A stretch of DNA of 64,000 nt from an uncultured Actinomycetes bacterium (GCA_963847945.1 CAWKBX010000009.1:583915-647914); one strand, 5' to 3'. Positions 38,459-49,576 are shown, counted from the first letter of the stretch. Notes: a model not told the origin generated them from the sequence alone. A program made the numbers and translations.

Positions 38459-39643
38459 TCACTTGAGAATCTTGGTGACGCGGCCGGCGCCAACGGTACG
38501 GCCACCCTCACGAATAGCAAACCGCAACTGCTCATCCATCGCGATCGGCTTACCAAGCTCCACGATCATCGTCACGTTGTCACCAGGCATGACCATCTCG
38601 GTCCCCTCCGGCAACTGCACCATCCCCGTCACATCCGTCGTACGGAAGAAGAACTGCGGCCGGTAATTGTTGAAGAACGGCTTATGACGACCACCCTCCT
38701 CCTTGTTCAACACATACACCTGACCCTCAAAATTCGTATGCGGAGTAATACTGCCCGGCTTACACAACACCTGCCCACGCTCAACATCCTCCTTCTTCGT
38801 CCCCCGAAGAAGCGCACCGATGTTGTCGCCCGCCATACCCTCATCAAGCAACTTACGGAACATCTCCACACCCGTACACGTCGTCTTCTGCGTCTTACGC
38901 AACCCAACGATCTCAATCTCATCGCCCGTGTGGACCTTGCCCTGCTCAATCTTGCCCGTGACCACCGTGCCACGACCCGTGATCGTGAACACATCCTCAA
39001 TCGGCATCAAAAACGGCTTATCCAACTCACGCAACGGCTCCGGCACCGACGCATCACACGCCGCCATCAACTCCATGATCTTTTCCTGCCACGCCTCATC
39101 ACCCTCCAACGCCTTCAACGCGCTGACCCGCACCACAGGGCAATCATCACCCGGAAACTCATACTCCGACAGCAACTCGCGAACCTCAAGCTCCACCAGC
39201 TCCAGCAGTTCCTCATCATCGACCATGTCAGCCTTGTTCAACGCCACCACGATGTACGGCACCCCAACCTGACGAGCCAACAACACATGCTCACGCGTCT
39301 GGGGCATCGGACCATCAGTCGCCGCCACCACCAAGATCGCCCCATCAACCTGAGCCGCACCCGTGATCATGTTCTTGATGTAGTCCGCGTGACCCGGCAT
39401 GTCCACATGGGCATAATGGCGATTCACCGTCTCGTACTCGATATGCGCGATCGAGATCGTGATACCACGAGCCTTCTCCTCCGGCGCCTTATCGATCTGA
39501 TCAAACGGCGTGTAATTCGCCAGACCCTTACCCGCCAACGTCTTAGAAATCGCCGCCGTCAACGTCGTCTTACCATGGTCAATATGACCCATAGTGCCGA
39601 TATTCACGTGCGGCTTATTCCGCTCGAACTTTGCCTTGGACAT
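38459..39643 (-). CDS. tuf: elongation factor Tu
   Basis: [26 protein letters not shown], full-length canonical EF-Tu. Confidence 0.97.
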   Translation of the reverse strand: MSKAKFERNKPHVNIGTMGHIDHGKTTLTAAISKTLAGKGLANYTPFDQIDKAPEEKARGITISIAHIEYETVNRHYAHVDMPGHADYIKNMITGAAQVDGAILVVAATDGPMPQTREHVLLARQVGVPYIVVALNKADMVDDEELLELVELEVRELLSEYEFPGDDCPVVRVSALKALEGDEAWQEKIMELMAACDASVPEPLRELDKPFLMPIEDVFTITGRGTVVTGKIEQGKVHTGDEIEIVGLRKTQKTTCTGVEMFRKLLDEGMAGDNIGALLRGTKKEDVERGQVLCKPGSITPHTNFEGQVYVLNKEEGGRHKPFFNNYRPQFFFRTTDVTGMVQLPEGTEMVMPGDNVTMIVELGKPIAMDEQLRFAIREGGRTVGAGRVTKILK

Positions 39644-40067
39644 TGGACTACTGCTCCGTTTGCGTGATGAGGGGTGTCAAGGATCGGACGCGCTCGGGGG
39701 CTCCCGGGCACAAGGTCGACCATCCTCAGCGCGCCTGCGGGCCGCGCCAAACTCCACGCTCAGGTTCCCGCAACGGGAGGCCTGAGCAGGACTTCGTGGG
39801 TGATCGTGGCCCCATCGTACCCTCACAACGCGGCATCGATCACATGTCGAACGGTCATCTCGGTCGAGTCATGCGGGTGCCGATGAGACGGGTTTCCGGT
39901 CCGCTCATTCCACCCGGCCCGACGGCGCCGGTGACGTCTGCTGCGTCGATGGGTTGGGCACACGGCGATCTGATCGAAACGCCTCAACCCGAGATTCACG
40001 TCGCGGATGATCAGCGCCTTCCACGGATCGCCCATCACACCGAAGGAACCTCGGCAACTACCAGGCG

Positions 40068-40448
40068 ATGATTGACGGGTTGGCTTCGCCGTTCGAATAC
40101 CGATTCCTCGGCGATCATCCGTTGAGCGGCCGACGAACCAGCACCGTCACGATCGATCTATGGTGGCAGCGAATCTTCCGGCTCCTGCCGAACGGGAAGT
40201 TCACGATCCATCAGATCGTCGTGCAGGGCAACCCGTTCAAGACGCGCATCGCCGTGCGGTCGACCATCAGCGCAGCCTTGGCGTCGGGTGACGGGTACTC
40301 CAACGACGTGATGCAGTTCAGGCGGCTCCGGCTCGGCAAGCTCACCCGCATCGAAACGATGGAGGACACCGCCAAGTTCGAGCGCTACCTCACGACGCTC
40401 GACCCTGCCACCCACCCGGACGCCATCGCCCCGCCGATCAACGACTGA
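40068..40448 (+). CDS. hypothetical protein (NTF2/SnoaL-like fold suspected)
   Basis: 126-aa ORF; the pattern and size suggest an NTF2-like protein; weak. Confidence 0.35.
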   Translation: MIDGLASPFEYRFLGDHPLSGRRTSTVTIDLWWQRIFRLLPNGKFTIHQIVVQGNPFKTRIAVRSTISAALASGDGYSNDVMQFRRLRLGKLTRIETMEDTAKFERYLTTLDPATHPDAIAPPIND

Positions 40449-40528
40449 CCCATACTGGTCGGTCGCGCAGCAGTCGGGCCCGTACCCATCTCCCCAGTTG
40501 GTTCCGCTCGGAACCTACGGCCGAGCGA

Positions 40529-42520
40529 TCAAACGAGCAGGGGGTTGGTGACGACGTCGACGAGCGCCGGACCGGGGTGAGCCAGGGCGGTCGCGATGGC
40601 CGAGTCGAGGTCGGTTGGGTCGGTGACGCGGATGCCGCGGGCACCGCAGAGCTCGGCGAAAGCGGCGAAGTCGGGGTTGTGGAGCGAGGTCTGCCACACG
40701 TCCCAGTGGGCGGCCCGTTGCTCTTTGGAGATCTTGCCCAACTCGCTGTTGTCGAGCACCACGTGGGTGATGTTCATGCCGTACTTCACCGCGGTGGTCA
40801 TCTCCATGGCGTATTGACCGAGCCCGCCGTCGCCACTGATCGACACAATCTGGCGGGTGTCACCGACTGCCGCCCAGGCCCCCATCGCCGCCGGGAGAGC
40901 GAAGCCGATCGAGCCGAGGTAGCCCGACATCACCAGATCCTGGCGGCCTGAGGCCTCGAAGTAGCGACCAAATGAGTAGGTGTTGTTGCCCACGTCGACG
41001 GCGATGACGGCGTTGGGGTCGATCAGCCGGGTGAGGCTCGCCATCACCGCGGCGGCCCCGATGCCATGCGCTGCATCGTCGGCGGCGCGCTTCGACTTCT
41101 CGGCTCGCCACAGGGACCACCGTTGGGCGACCTCGGCCCGCTGATCGACCTCGGCCCGCGGGTCGCTGTCGACTCGGACTTCGAGCGCGGCGATCATCGC
41201 CCGAGCGGTGACAGCCACATCGCCAAGCAGACCGACCTCGACGCCGTGGAACCGGCCGATCGACATCGGGTCGTCGTCGATCTGGATCGTCGGTTTGTAC
41301 GACGCAATCCCGGTGTGATTCGAGAAGCTGGCACCGAACACCACCAACAGATCGCTCTCGTTCATGAACCAACTGGCCACGGGCGTACCCGACCGCCCGA
41401 GCACACCACACCCGAGCGGATGGCTGTCGCTGACGAGCCCCTTGGCCTTGAACGTCGTCCCAACCGGTGCACCGAGCCGTTCGGCGAGATCCATGATCGC
41501 GGTCATCTGCCCGCGGCAGCCCGCTCCCACAACGATCATCGGGCGTCGCGCCGTGCGCATCATCTCGAGCGCGCGGTCGAGTTCGGCGGCCGGTGGCGCA
41601 GTGGCTCGTGAGGCGAGACGACCCGCCGGCGTGCCGGCCGCCGCATCGGCCGCTACCGGGTGGTGCTGCACCTCGTCGGGCAGAATCAAGTGAGCCACGC
41701 CGCGCCCGACAATCGCGTGCTTCATCGCCAGACCGGCGAGTTCGGCATGGTCGGAGCCGAGCGCGACGGTCTCGCTGTAGAGCGTCACATCGGCGAACGC
41801 CGCTTCGAGGTCGGTGTCCTGGAATGCTCCACGGCCCCGTACCTTCGACGGCACCTGACCCGAGATGGCGAGCACCGGTGAGCGGTCCTCGCGGGCGTCA
41901 TACAAGCCGGTAAGCAGGTTGGTCGAGCCCGGCCCCGCGATCCCGAAGCACACCGCCGGGCGACCGGTGAGCTTCCCGTAGGCCGACGCAGCGAACGATG
42001 CTGCGCCCTCATGGCGGATGCCGACGAAGGTGAGTTCGCCGCGTTCGGCGGCCTTGCGCATCGCGTCGGCGAACCCGAGGTTGGAATGGCCGACCATGCC
42101 AAACGCGTGGGTGAGTCCCCAGTTGACCAGCGTCTCGACGAGTACATCGGCGACCGTTCGCGGCTGCACCGGTTCAGGCGGGAGGGCAACGTAGACACCG
42201 TCGGCGCGGGTTTCCACGGCGAAGCAGGCCGGCGCGTCGGAGAACCCCGTAGGAGGCTTGCCGGTCACGGGTGAGTAGTCGTAGCCGTGCCACGGGCACC
42301 GCAGCCAGCCGTTCTCGATCGATCCTTCGCCGAGCGGTCCACCCTGGTGCGGACAGGCATTGTCGAGGCAGCCGTACTGGCCGTCGTGATGCGTCATCGC
42401 CAGCGAGCGCCGCCCGACCGAGACGGTGGTGACCCGACCCTCGGGCAGCTCGTCGGGGCCGAGCACTCGGTGCCAGGAGGTACCGCCGGAGTCGCCTGCG
42501 GTGGTGACGTTGTCGTTCAC
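40529..42520 (-). CDS. Rieske [2Fe-2S] domain fused to a thiamine-diphosphate enzyme (acetolactate synthase/pyruvate oxidase family)
   Basis: N-terminal Rieske CPHQGGPL-x16-CPWHGYDY; then TPP enzyme N-terminal (GIAGPGSTNLLTGLYDA...GQV), central and TPP-binding (ISGDGGLGQY...NN) domains. Confidence 0.85.
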   Translation of the reverse strand: MNDNVTTAGDSGGTSWHRVLGPDELPEGRVTTVSVGRRSLAMTHHDGQYGCLDNACPHQGGPLGEGSIENGWLRCPWHGYDYSPVTGKPPTGFSDAPACFAVETRADGVYVALPPEPVQPRTVADVLVETLVNWGLTHAFGMVGHSNLGFADAMRKAAERGELTFVGIRHEGAASFAASAYGKLTGRPAVCFGIAGPGSTNLLTGLYDAREDRSPVLAISGQVPSKVRGRGAFQDTDLEAAFADVTLYSETVALGSDHAELAGLAMKHAIVGRGVAHLILPDEVQHHPVAADAAAGTPAGRLASRATAPPAAELDRALEMMRTARRPMIVVGAGCRGQMTAIMDLAERLGAPVGTTFKAKGLVSDSHPLGCGVLGRSGTPVASWFMNESDLLVVFGASFSNHTGIASYKPTIQIDDDPMSIGRFHGVEVGLLGDVAVTARAMIAALEVRVDSDPRAEVDQRAEVAQRWSLWRAEKSKRAADDAAHGIGAAAVMASLTRLIDPNAVIAVDVGNNTYSFGRYFEASGRQDLVMSGYLGSIGFALPAAMGAWAAVGDTRQIVSISGDGGLGQYAMEMTTAVKYGMNITHVVLDNSELGKISKEQRAAHWDVWQTSLHNPDFAAFAELCGARGIRVTDPTDLDSAIATALAHPGPALVDVVTNPLLV

Positions 42521-44156
42521 GGATGCAGTCCTCCATAGGGAACACCGGCCAGATGGTGCATCTCACGGTCGAACGTCGTGAGATCGTCGATGCACAGCTC
42601 CGACAGATGGTGATGGCCGCAGGCTCGGGCGAGCACGGTCATCAGCTCGACCGTCGCCTCAAGGAAACGGGTGAGCCGACGAGCCGACTCGTCGACCACC
42701 AGCCGCTGGCGAAGACCGGGTTTCTGCGTGGCGATGCCGACCGGGCAGTTGTCGCTGTTGCACGCCCGCATGCCAATGCAACCGATCGCCTGCAACGCGG
42801 CATTGGAGATCGCCACCGCGTCGGCACCGAGCGCGAGCGCCTTCACGAAATCGGTATGGGTACGCAGACCGCCGGTGATCACGAGCGTCACCGCGGATCC
42901 CGATCGGTCGAGATGCCGACGGGCCCTCGCCAACGCCGGAATGGTCGGCACCGAAATGTGGTCGCGGAACAACACCGGCGCAGCTCCCGTCCCCCACCCC
43001 GACCATCGAGGATCACGTAGTCGACCCCGATCTCAAGCGCGGCATCGAGATCGGCCTCGATGTGCTGCGCCGACAGCTTCGCTCCGATCGGAATACCGCC
43101 GGCTGTCTCGCGCACCATCGCCGCGACCTCGCGGTAGTCGCCGGTCGTGCGCAGATCGGGGAAGGTGGCCGGCGAGACCGCCGGTTGGCCCTCGGGCAGA
43201 CCGCGCACCTCGGCGATGCGCCCGACCACTTTGTTGCCCGGGAGATGCCCGCCGGTGCCGGTCTTGGCGCCCTGGCCGAACTTGAAATGGAAGGCCTGAA
43301 CGTCGCGCACCTTGTCGAGCGACCAACCAAATCGGGCCGAGGCGAGCTCATAGAAGTAACGGCTGTTCTCGGCGTGCTCCTCGGGCAACATCCCACCCTC
43401 ACCCGAACAGATGCCGGTGCCCGCGCCCTCGGCACCGCGGGCCAGCGCGACCTTCGCTTCGAGCGACAGTGAACCGAAGCTCATATCGCTGACGAACAAC
43501 GGGATCTTCAGGTGCAGCGGTTTGGCCGCCGTACCGCCGATGGTGATGTCGGTGGCGACCGTCTCGTCATCGAGGAGCGGTCGCTTCGCCAGCTGGGCGG
43601 TGACGATCTGGATCGAGTCCCACAGCGGGAGCCGATCACGGGGCACGCCCATCGCCGCCACCGGGCCATGGTGCCCGACCTTCGACAACCCGTCGATCGA
43701 GAGCTGACGGATCTGGCCGACGAAGGGTTCCTCGGGCGCGCCGTGGGGATCTTGGAACGCCCCTTGGTAGGCATCGCGGTCGTACGGCTGGGGATGCTCA
43801 CGCTCCCAGGCGGCGATCTCGTCGGCGTCGACCATGAGCTGATCGCTGACCTCGTCGACCCACGACGTGAAGAGGTGGAGCTGCTGGTCGTTGTCGTACG
43901 CGCTGATCCCGGTGCGCAACGAGTAGTCCCAACCGTGCAGCCCGCAGACCAGGTCGTCGCCGCGGACCGTGCCGTCTGCCATCAGTGCGCCGCGGTGCAG
44001 GCATCGGCCGTAGAGGACTGAATGCTCGTCACCGAAACGGACGATCACCAGATCGACATTGGCCACGATCGCACCCGTCGGCGTGCGATCACTCAACTCG
44101 CTCCACCGGGCGACGGACACTGGTGTCATTGAGGTCGTTGGCGTCGTTGTTGTCAT
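42517..44156 (-). CDS. Rieske [2Fe-2S] domain fused to a glutamate synthase domain-2-like FMN/Fe-S oxidoreductase; one frameshift near 42990
   Basis: Rieske CLHRGALMADGTV-x-CGLHGWDY followed by GltS-type motifs (GSLSLEAKVALARGA, SGEGG, FKFGQGAKTGTGGHLPG). The C-terminal part (GGLRTHTDFVKALALGADAV..CPVGIATQ) continues in ORF 42517..42975. 4-nt overlap with the downstream Rieske-TPP gene. Confidence 0.8.
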
Positions 44157-44174
44157 GGCGGGAATCGCTCCTGG

Positions 44175-44888
44175 TCAGACAAGCCGACGATAGCCGACGA
44201 GCAGGAATGCGGTGCCCGCACCGATGACATCGGCCGACTCTCCGGCGAGTTCGCTGCGGGCGCGGAACGCGCCGAACGGGGCGTTCCAGAACCCGGCGTC
44301 GCCGGGGCGGTCGGCGGTCCACGGCCCGACATAGAGATACGGCTCATTGCAGAATCCGTCGCCGGGCGAGCCGCCGAGATTCACCCGTCGATCGGCATGA
44401 GCTTGGGCCTCGATCGCCACATCGAAGTGTTCGGGCCACAGTCGGGGCAGCGTGGGTCGGGCGGCGGCGGGCAGGTCGACCAGCACCCGGTCGAGGATCG
44501 CCGCAATCGTTGCGAACCATCCGGTGACGTCGGCTGCGCCGACGCCGTCGAGAACGATCGGAGCATCAGCGTCGCCGACCGGCGGCGTGTCGCGACCGAC
44601 ATCGAGCGGTTCGGCAAGGTCGACGCCGGCGAACGCGGCGAGCTGCGCGAGCGAGGACCCATTGATCTCGATCGACCCGATGGAAGCCTCGCCGGGTGCG
44701 TCGGACTCGACGATCAGATGGGCTCCCGACACCCTCACCCGCCGTCCTACCGGAGGGAGATCGGGCGTGCCGAAACCCCCGGGAGCGACGCGCAATGAGA
44801 ACCGGGTGGAAGCCGCTACCCGGGCCCGAGCAACCACATGCACGGCGACGCTGTGCAACGATTCGCGGGCGGCTGAGAAGGTGTCCAT
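44175..44888 (-). CDS. hypothetical protein (first gene of the Rieske-fusion operon)
   Basis: 237-aa ORF, co-oriented and 19 nt upstream of the Rieske-GltS gene; no family recognised. Confidence 0.4.
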   Translation of the reverse strand: MDTFSAARESLHSVAVHVVARARVAASTRFSLRVAPGGFGTPDLPPVGRRVRVSGAHLIVESDAPGEASIGSIEINGSSLAQLAAFAGVDLAEPLDVGRDTPPVGDADAPIVLDGVGAADVTGWFATIAAILDRVLVDLPAAARPTLPRLWPEHFDVAIEAQAHADRRVNLGGSPGDGFCNEPYLYVGPWTADRPGDAGFWNAPFGAFRARSELAGESADVIGAGTAFLLVGYRRLV

Positions 44889-44994
44889 GTAACAAAGTCT
44901 CCCAGGTAAAACGAGGCCGGCCGACGGGCCCTTGGATCTCCCACACCGTCATCCAGAGCGCCACCGCGTTACGAAATGGGGTACTGACCGACCC

Positions 44995-45924
44995 CTACCC
45001 GACGCCGGGGACGGCGCTGATGAGCTGGTGGTAGAGATCGTCGGCGGTGGCGTCGGGGACGCCGTGACGGGCGAACCAGTTGGCGATGTTGACGCAGTCG
45101 CGGTGAAGAAATTCAAAACCCTGCGGATTGCCGACCAGGTCGACGGCTTGGGGTAGGTCGATGAGCACCAACCGGTCGCCGTCGACCAACACGTTGTACG
45201 GCGACAGGTCACCATGGGCCAATCCCGCGTCCGCCAAGGCACCCAACACACGGACCATCTCGTCGTACAGGTGGGCGGCGAAGTCGGGCGAAGGCCGGAG
45301 TTGGGCAAGGCGGGGCGCGGCCTGACCATCGGCCGAGCCGACGAACTCCATCATCAACTCGGTACCGATCAACTGCACCGGATAGGGCACCGCCGCCCCA
45401 ACCGACCACAGGCGCGACAACACACTGAACTCCGCCGCGGCCCACTGCCCGGCGATCAGGTCGCGTCCGAAGGTGGTGCGGGTGGCCATCGCCCGGGTTT
45501 CACGACTGCGCCGCATTCGGCGACCTTCGAGATAGCCGGCGTCGCGGTGGAACATGCGGTGCTCGGCGCTGCGATATCGCTTGGCGGCAAGCAGGCATCG
45601 ACGGCCGTCGGGTGCGATGCGTTCGATCAACGAGACGTCGGCCTCCTTGCCGGTCTTGAGCACACCGTGGTCGGTGTCGAGCGCCCGGGCGTCGGTGACC
45701 ACCCAGCCGGGTACCGGGCCTGGACCATGGGCGGAATCGGTGTACGTCGACCACGCGGGTTCGAGATGCTCGTCGGCGTCGAAGCGGTTCGAAACATCGA
45801 CCAGTTCGACACGTTCGGTGTCATCGTCGGCGTCGTGGTCGTGGTCGTGGTCGTGAGCGGGGTTTGACGGTTCCCAACCGTCGTCGTCGAACTTGGTTCG
45901 ACGGGTGCTGCGGGGTGCAGCCAT
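44995..45924 (-). CDS. RIO-type atypical serine protein kinase
   Basis: Catalytic loop LAHGDLSPYNVLV and metal-binding LIDLPQ match the RIO1 LVHGDLSEYN / IDxPQ motifs; His/Asp-rich N-terminus. Confidence 0.65.
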   Translation of the reverse strand: MAAPRSTRRTKFDDDGWEPSNPAHDHDHDHDADDDTERVELVDVSNRFDADEHLEPAWSTYTDSAHGPGPVPGWVVTDARALDTDHGVLKTGKEADVSLIERIAPDGRRCLLAAKRYRSAEHRMFHRDAGYLEGRRMRRSRETRAMATRTTFGRDLIAGQWAAAEFSVLSRLWSVGAAVPYPVQLIGTELMMEFVGSADGQAAPRLAQLRPSPDFAAHLYDEMVRVLGALADAGLAHGDLSPYNVLVDGDRLVLIDLPQAVDLVGNPQGFEFLHRDCVNIANWFARHGVPDATADDLYHQLISAVPGVG

Positions 45925-46125
45925 CAGTGGATGTCTCCTCGGTGCGGATGGCACCGAGCAAGGTCAGCCGGTGCCGGATCAGTGGCGTTCAGGGGCGCGG
46001 GAGTAGAGGTCGACAGTCATTGCTGGACCTCCTTTCCGCACCGAAGCGCACTCGCAGACGTAGAGCACAAAGTAGCCCGGCCGTGCGACACCCGCAACCG
46101 ATTTACGCGCGCTGCCCGACGCGTT

Positions 46126-46863
46126 CTATTGCAGCGCCGTCATCATTCCGCCGTCGATGGGAAGGCCGACGCCGGTGACGTAGCAGGCAGGTTGCGAGCA
46201 GAGGAAGGCGGCGACGCGGCCGAAGTCTTCAGCGCGGCCGTACATGCCGGCGGGTACTCCGGCCGGGGGCGGCAGGCTTGACGCATCGCCACCCATGCGG
46301 GCGGTTGCATGGAGGCCGGGTTGGACTGAGTTGACGGTCACGCCGTCGGCGGCGACGGCTAGGGCCAGGGTCTTGAGGTAGCCGGTGACGGCGGGGCGGG
46401 TGATGTTCGACAGGGCGATTGCAGGGATCGGCTGGCGAGCGGTGATCGAGGTGATCGCCACGATCCGCCCCCACCGCTGTTGACGCATGGGACCCAACGC
46501 CGCCGCGCACATGCCGATCGTCGAGTGCAGGTTCAACTCCAACGCCGCGGTCACCGACTCGGCGTCGACGATCTCGATGCCGCCCATCGGCGGTCCGCCG
46601 GCGTTGGGGACAAGGATGTCGATCGGCCCACCGAGGGCGGCGGCGGCCTGCTCGACGAACGACCGGCCACCTTCGTGGCTGCCGATGTCGAGCACGATCG
46701 CCACCGCGCCGATGCGCTCCGCGGCAGCTTGCACCTTGGCGGCATCGCGCCCACAGATCGCCACCGCAACCCCGGCGTCGCGCAACGCGGCCGCGGTGGC
46801 GAACCCGAGTCCTTCCGATGCTGCGGCCACGGCAGCCCGACGGCCGGCGATTCCAAGATCCAT
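46126..46863 (-). CDS. SDR family oxidoreductase
   Basis: Rossmann AAASEGLGFA, NAG, YxxxK-type core. Confidence 0.8.
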   Translation of the reverse strand: MDLGIAGRRAAVAAASEGLGFATAAALRDAGVAVAICGRDAAKVQAAAERIGAVAIVLDIGSHEGGRSFVEQAAAALGGPIDILVPNAGGPPMGGIEIVDAESVTAALELNLHSTIGMCAAALGPMRQQRWGRIVAITSITARQPIPAIALSNITRPAVTGYLKTLALAVAADGVTVNSVQPGLHATARMGGDASSLPPPAGVPAGMYGRAEDFGRVAAFLCSQPACYVTGVGLPIDGGMMTALQ

Positions 46864-46969
46864 GGGACACCTCGTCAAAAGTTCGTTCGGGACACAACCG
46901 AACCCCATTCGGTCGGTCGCCACCTCAACGGTAGTCCGGGTGACGTCGCGACCTCGACGGTCAAGCAGA

Positions 46970-47107
46970 TCAGGCGGCGGCGACGGTCACGAACACCGAC
47001 AGGGCGGGCACGACGAGTGCGGCGAAGGCGAGGACCGCCAGACCCGCTTTGGTCGGCACGCCGCGGTGCTTCGAACGAGCGGATCGGGATGCTTGACGAC
47101 GGTTCAT
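46970..47107 (-). CDS. possible small membrane protein (46 aa)
   Basis: MNRRQASRSARSKHRGVPTKAGLAVLAFAALVVPALSVFVTVAAA: a basic N-terminus plus one TM helix; could be spurious. Confidence 0.25.
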   Translation of the reverse strand: MNRRQASRSARSKHRGVPTKAGLAVLAFAALVVPALSVFVTVAAA

Positions 47108-47271
47108 CGTGATGACTCCTTGGATCGCGACCACCGACGGCTTCGATGGCCGCCCGGCAATCGGCTCCAGCGCCCGCAGGCACCGTCCGACCACTCAAAG
47201 CACGATGCAGCCCGCCAGCAGGTTTGGGTGCAGGTGATTATTCGGCTGAAATCCTGCTGAACGTGTTCACG

Positions 47272-48597
47272 TCAGCTCGAATGGGCCCGTTCGTAGGTCA
47301 GAATCTCGGCTGCCCAGTTGCCGACCTTCTCACCCGCGATCCGCTGGCGGTTTGGCCACGGGGCGGTCAGGTCAACGGCACGTCCACGGGAGATGACGGC
47401 ACGCAGGCGAGCACGGTCCTGCAAGATCCGCACGTCGGCGGCAGGATCACCGTCGACCACGAGCACATCGGCGAGATAGCCCGGGGCTACCACACCGAGC
47501 CGACCATCGAGACGCATGGCAAACGCGTTATTCCTGGTCGCGCAGGTGATCGCCTCGAGCGGGGTGAGGCCGAGTTCGGCGACGAACACCTCCATCTCGC
47601 GGGCGTGCCAGTGACCGTAGGGGGTGAGGGCGAAGCCACTCTCCGAACCGCACAACAGTCGGACTCCGGCGTCATACGCCCGGCGCATCATCGCCGCGGT
47701 CGCCCGAATCTCGCCCCGGAAGATGTCGGTCATCCCCGCGCCAGCGCCGACCCGGTCGCCGAAGTCGGCCAAGTTGGCCAGGAACGTGAATGTCGGGCAG
47801 ATCGCAGCGCCAGCTGCGACTACCGCGTCGAGCCCCTCGTCGTCCATGAACGAGGCGTGGAGGATGAGATCGACCCCGGCGCGGGCCGCGTCGCGCACCG
47901 ACGATGCGTTGCGGCAGTGGGCGGTGACCGGGGTGCCGAGTTCGTGGGCGGTGTCGACCACGGCGCGCATCTCGTCGAGCTTCCAGACCTGCAACTCGCC
48001 GCGGTGTCGGGGGATCGAGCCGGTGGCGTGGATCTTGATCCAATCGGCGCCCTGCTTGATGTGGCGGCGGGTCATCGTGACCATCTCGTCGACGGTGTTG
48101 ACGACCGCCGCGTAGCCGACGCGACCCTCGTCGGGAATCAGCCTCCCGGCGGTACCGCCGACCGAGGTGAGCAGGGCCTGCACCCCGGTCGCCATCCGCG
48201 GGCCCGGGAACGCTCCAGCGTCGAGGGCGTCGCGCACCTGCGGTCCGATACCGTCGATCGTGTCGGGATCGAAGAATGACGTGACCCCGGCGAGCAGCAG
48301 CTTGGGCAGGTTGAAGGCGGTGAGCAACGCCGCCGTCGGGGCCGGCCGATGGAAGAACAGCTCGTCGTTCGACTGCACATCGTCGAACGTCGAGTGGCAG
48401 TGGGCGTCGATCAAGCCCGGCATCACGGTCATCCCCGTGGCGTCGATCAACAACACGTCGGCCGGGGCCGCGACAGCAGCCGTCGGGCCGACGGCGACGA
48501 TTTCGTCACCGATCAACAGCACATCGGTTGACTGTCGCGGCGCGACCCCGGTGCCGTCGATCAACGAGCCGCCCGAGATGAGGATCGACGATGCCAT
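47272..48597 (-). CDS. amidohydrolase family metal-dependent hydrolase
   Basis: GLIDAHCH metal-binding motif and a TIM-barrel amidohydrolase core; start at MASSILISGG. Confidence 0.8.
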   Translation of the reverse strand: MASSILISGGSLIDGTGVAPRQSTDVLLIGDEIVAVGPTAAVAAPADVLLIDATGMTVMPGLIDAHCHSTFDDVQSNDELFFHRPAPTAALLTAFNLPKLLLAGVTSFFDPDTIDGIGPQVRDALDAGAFPGPRMATGVQALLTSVGGTAGRLIPDEGRVGYAAVVNTVDEMVTMTRRHIKQGADWIKIHATGSIPRHRGELQVWKLDEMRAVVDTAHELGTPVTAHCRNASSVRDAARAGVDLILHASFMDDEGLDAVVAAGAAICPTFTFLANLADFGDRVGAGAGMTDIFRGEIRATAAMMRRAYDAGVRLLCGSESGFALTPYGHWHAREMEVFVAELGLTPLEAITCATRNNAFAMRLDGRLGVVAPGYLADVLVVDGDPAADVRILQDRARLRAVISRGRAVDLTAPWPNRQRIAGEKVGNWAAEILTYERAHSS

Positions 48598-49576
48598 GGT
48601 GATGAAGTTACGCCGAGCCGCAGGAGTCGACGGGCGTTGTCGTCGTACTCGGCGCGGTAGGGGATCTCGGCCGGGTCGTGGGGGGCGTCCCAGCCGGCGA
48701 GGTTCGTGCCAACGACCAGCCGGTCGACCCCGACCTTGCCCTCCACCAGGTCGAACGCGTCGACGTCGTGGACGTGCTGATCGAACCACAGGCGCCGGAG
48801 GCCGGCACCGAAGTCGACCGGGTTCGACCGGGCCCACGGCCGCGACCGGCCCTGGTGCTCCAGGCGACCGACCATGAACGCGGCCGCCCCGCCGCCGTGG
48901 GAGAAGCACACGTCGAGGCCTGGATGACGGTCGAGCACCCCGCCGTAGATCGATGCAGGCGACAGCCAGGGTCTCCTCGTACAGAAACCCCAGCGACAGA
49001 TCGAGGTCGAACTTGCGGATGCGCTCGTCGCGCAACGGGCCGTCGATTCCGGCCGGCGCAGGGTGGATGAAGATCGGCACGTTTCAGTTCGACGGCCGCG
49101 GCCCACAGCGGGTCGAGCCGTTCGCTGTCGAAGGTCATCCCGAAGTCGGTGCCGATGTACGCACCGAGCAGACCGAGGTCGTCGACTGCTCGTCGTAGCT
49201 CGATACACGCCGCATCGACGTCTTGCATCGGGAGCTGGGCGAAACCCCGTAGACGATCGGGATAGGCATCGACAACCAGCGCCAGTTCGTTGTTGTGCCA
49301 CCGGCAGAACTCGGCCGCGGTGGCCGGCTCGATGTGGTGGAAATAGGTGATCGGGTTGGGCGAGAGCACCTGAAGCTCGATGCCGAGATGGTCGTTCAGC
49401 GCCAGACGACGGTCGACATCCATGAACGGGGAGTCGCGGTACTTGACCCCTTCGAGCACGTAGTCGCCGGCTCGGAACCGGGCGATGCCGTCGGCACCCT
49501 CGGTCAGAGTCGGGCCGTAGACCCCGGCGCAGCCGAGTACCCCTTCGAGCACCACATGGGCATGGACGTCGATCAT
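48561..49576 (-). CDS. amidohydrolase-2 (ACMSD-like) family protein, frameshifted near 49300
   Basis: MIDVHAHVV start motif; the C-terminal half continues in ORF 48561..49301. Confidence 0.6.

Noticed and set aside
39631-40071. 146-aa ORF in the long tuf upstream region
   Set aside because: Arg/Pro/Gly-rich composition with no protein-like periodicity. More likely the tuf 5' UTR/promoter region.
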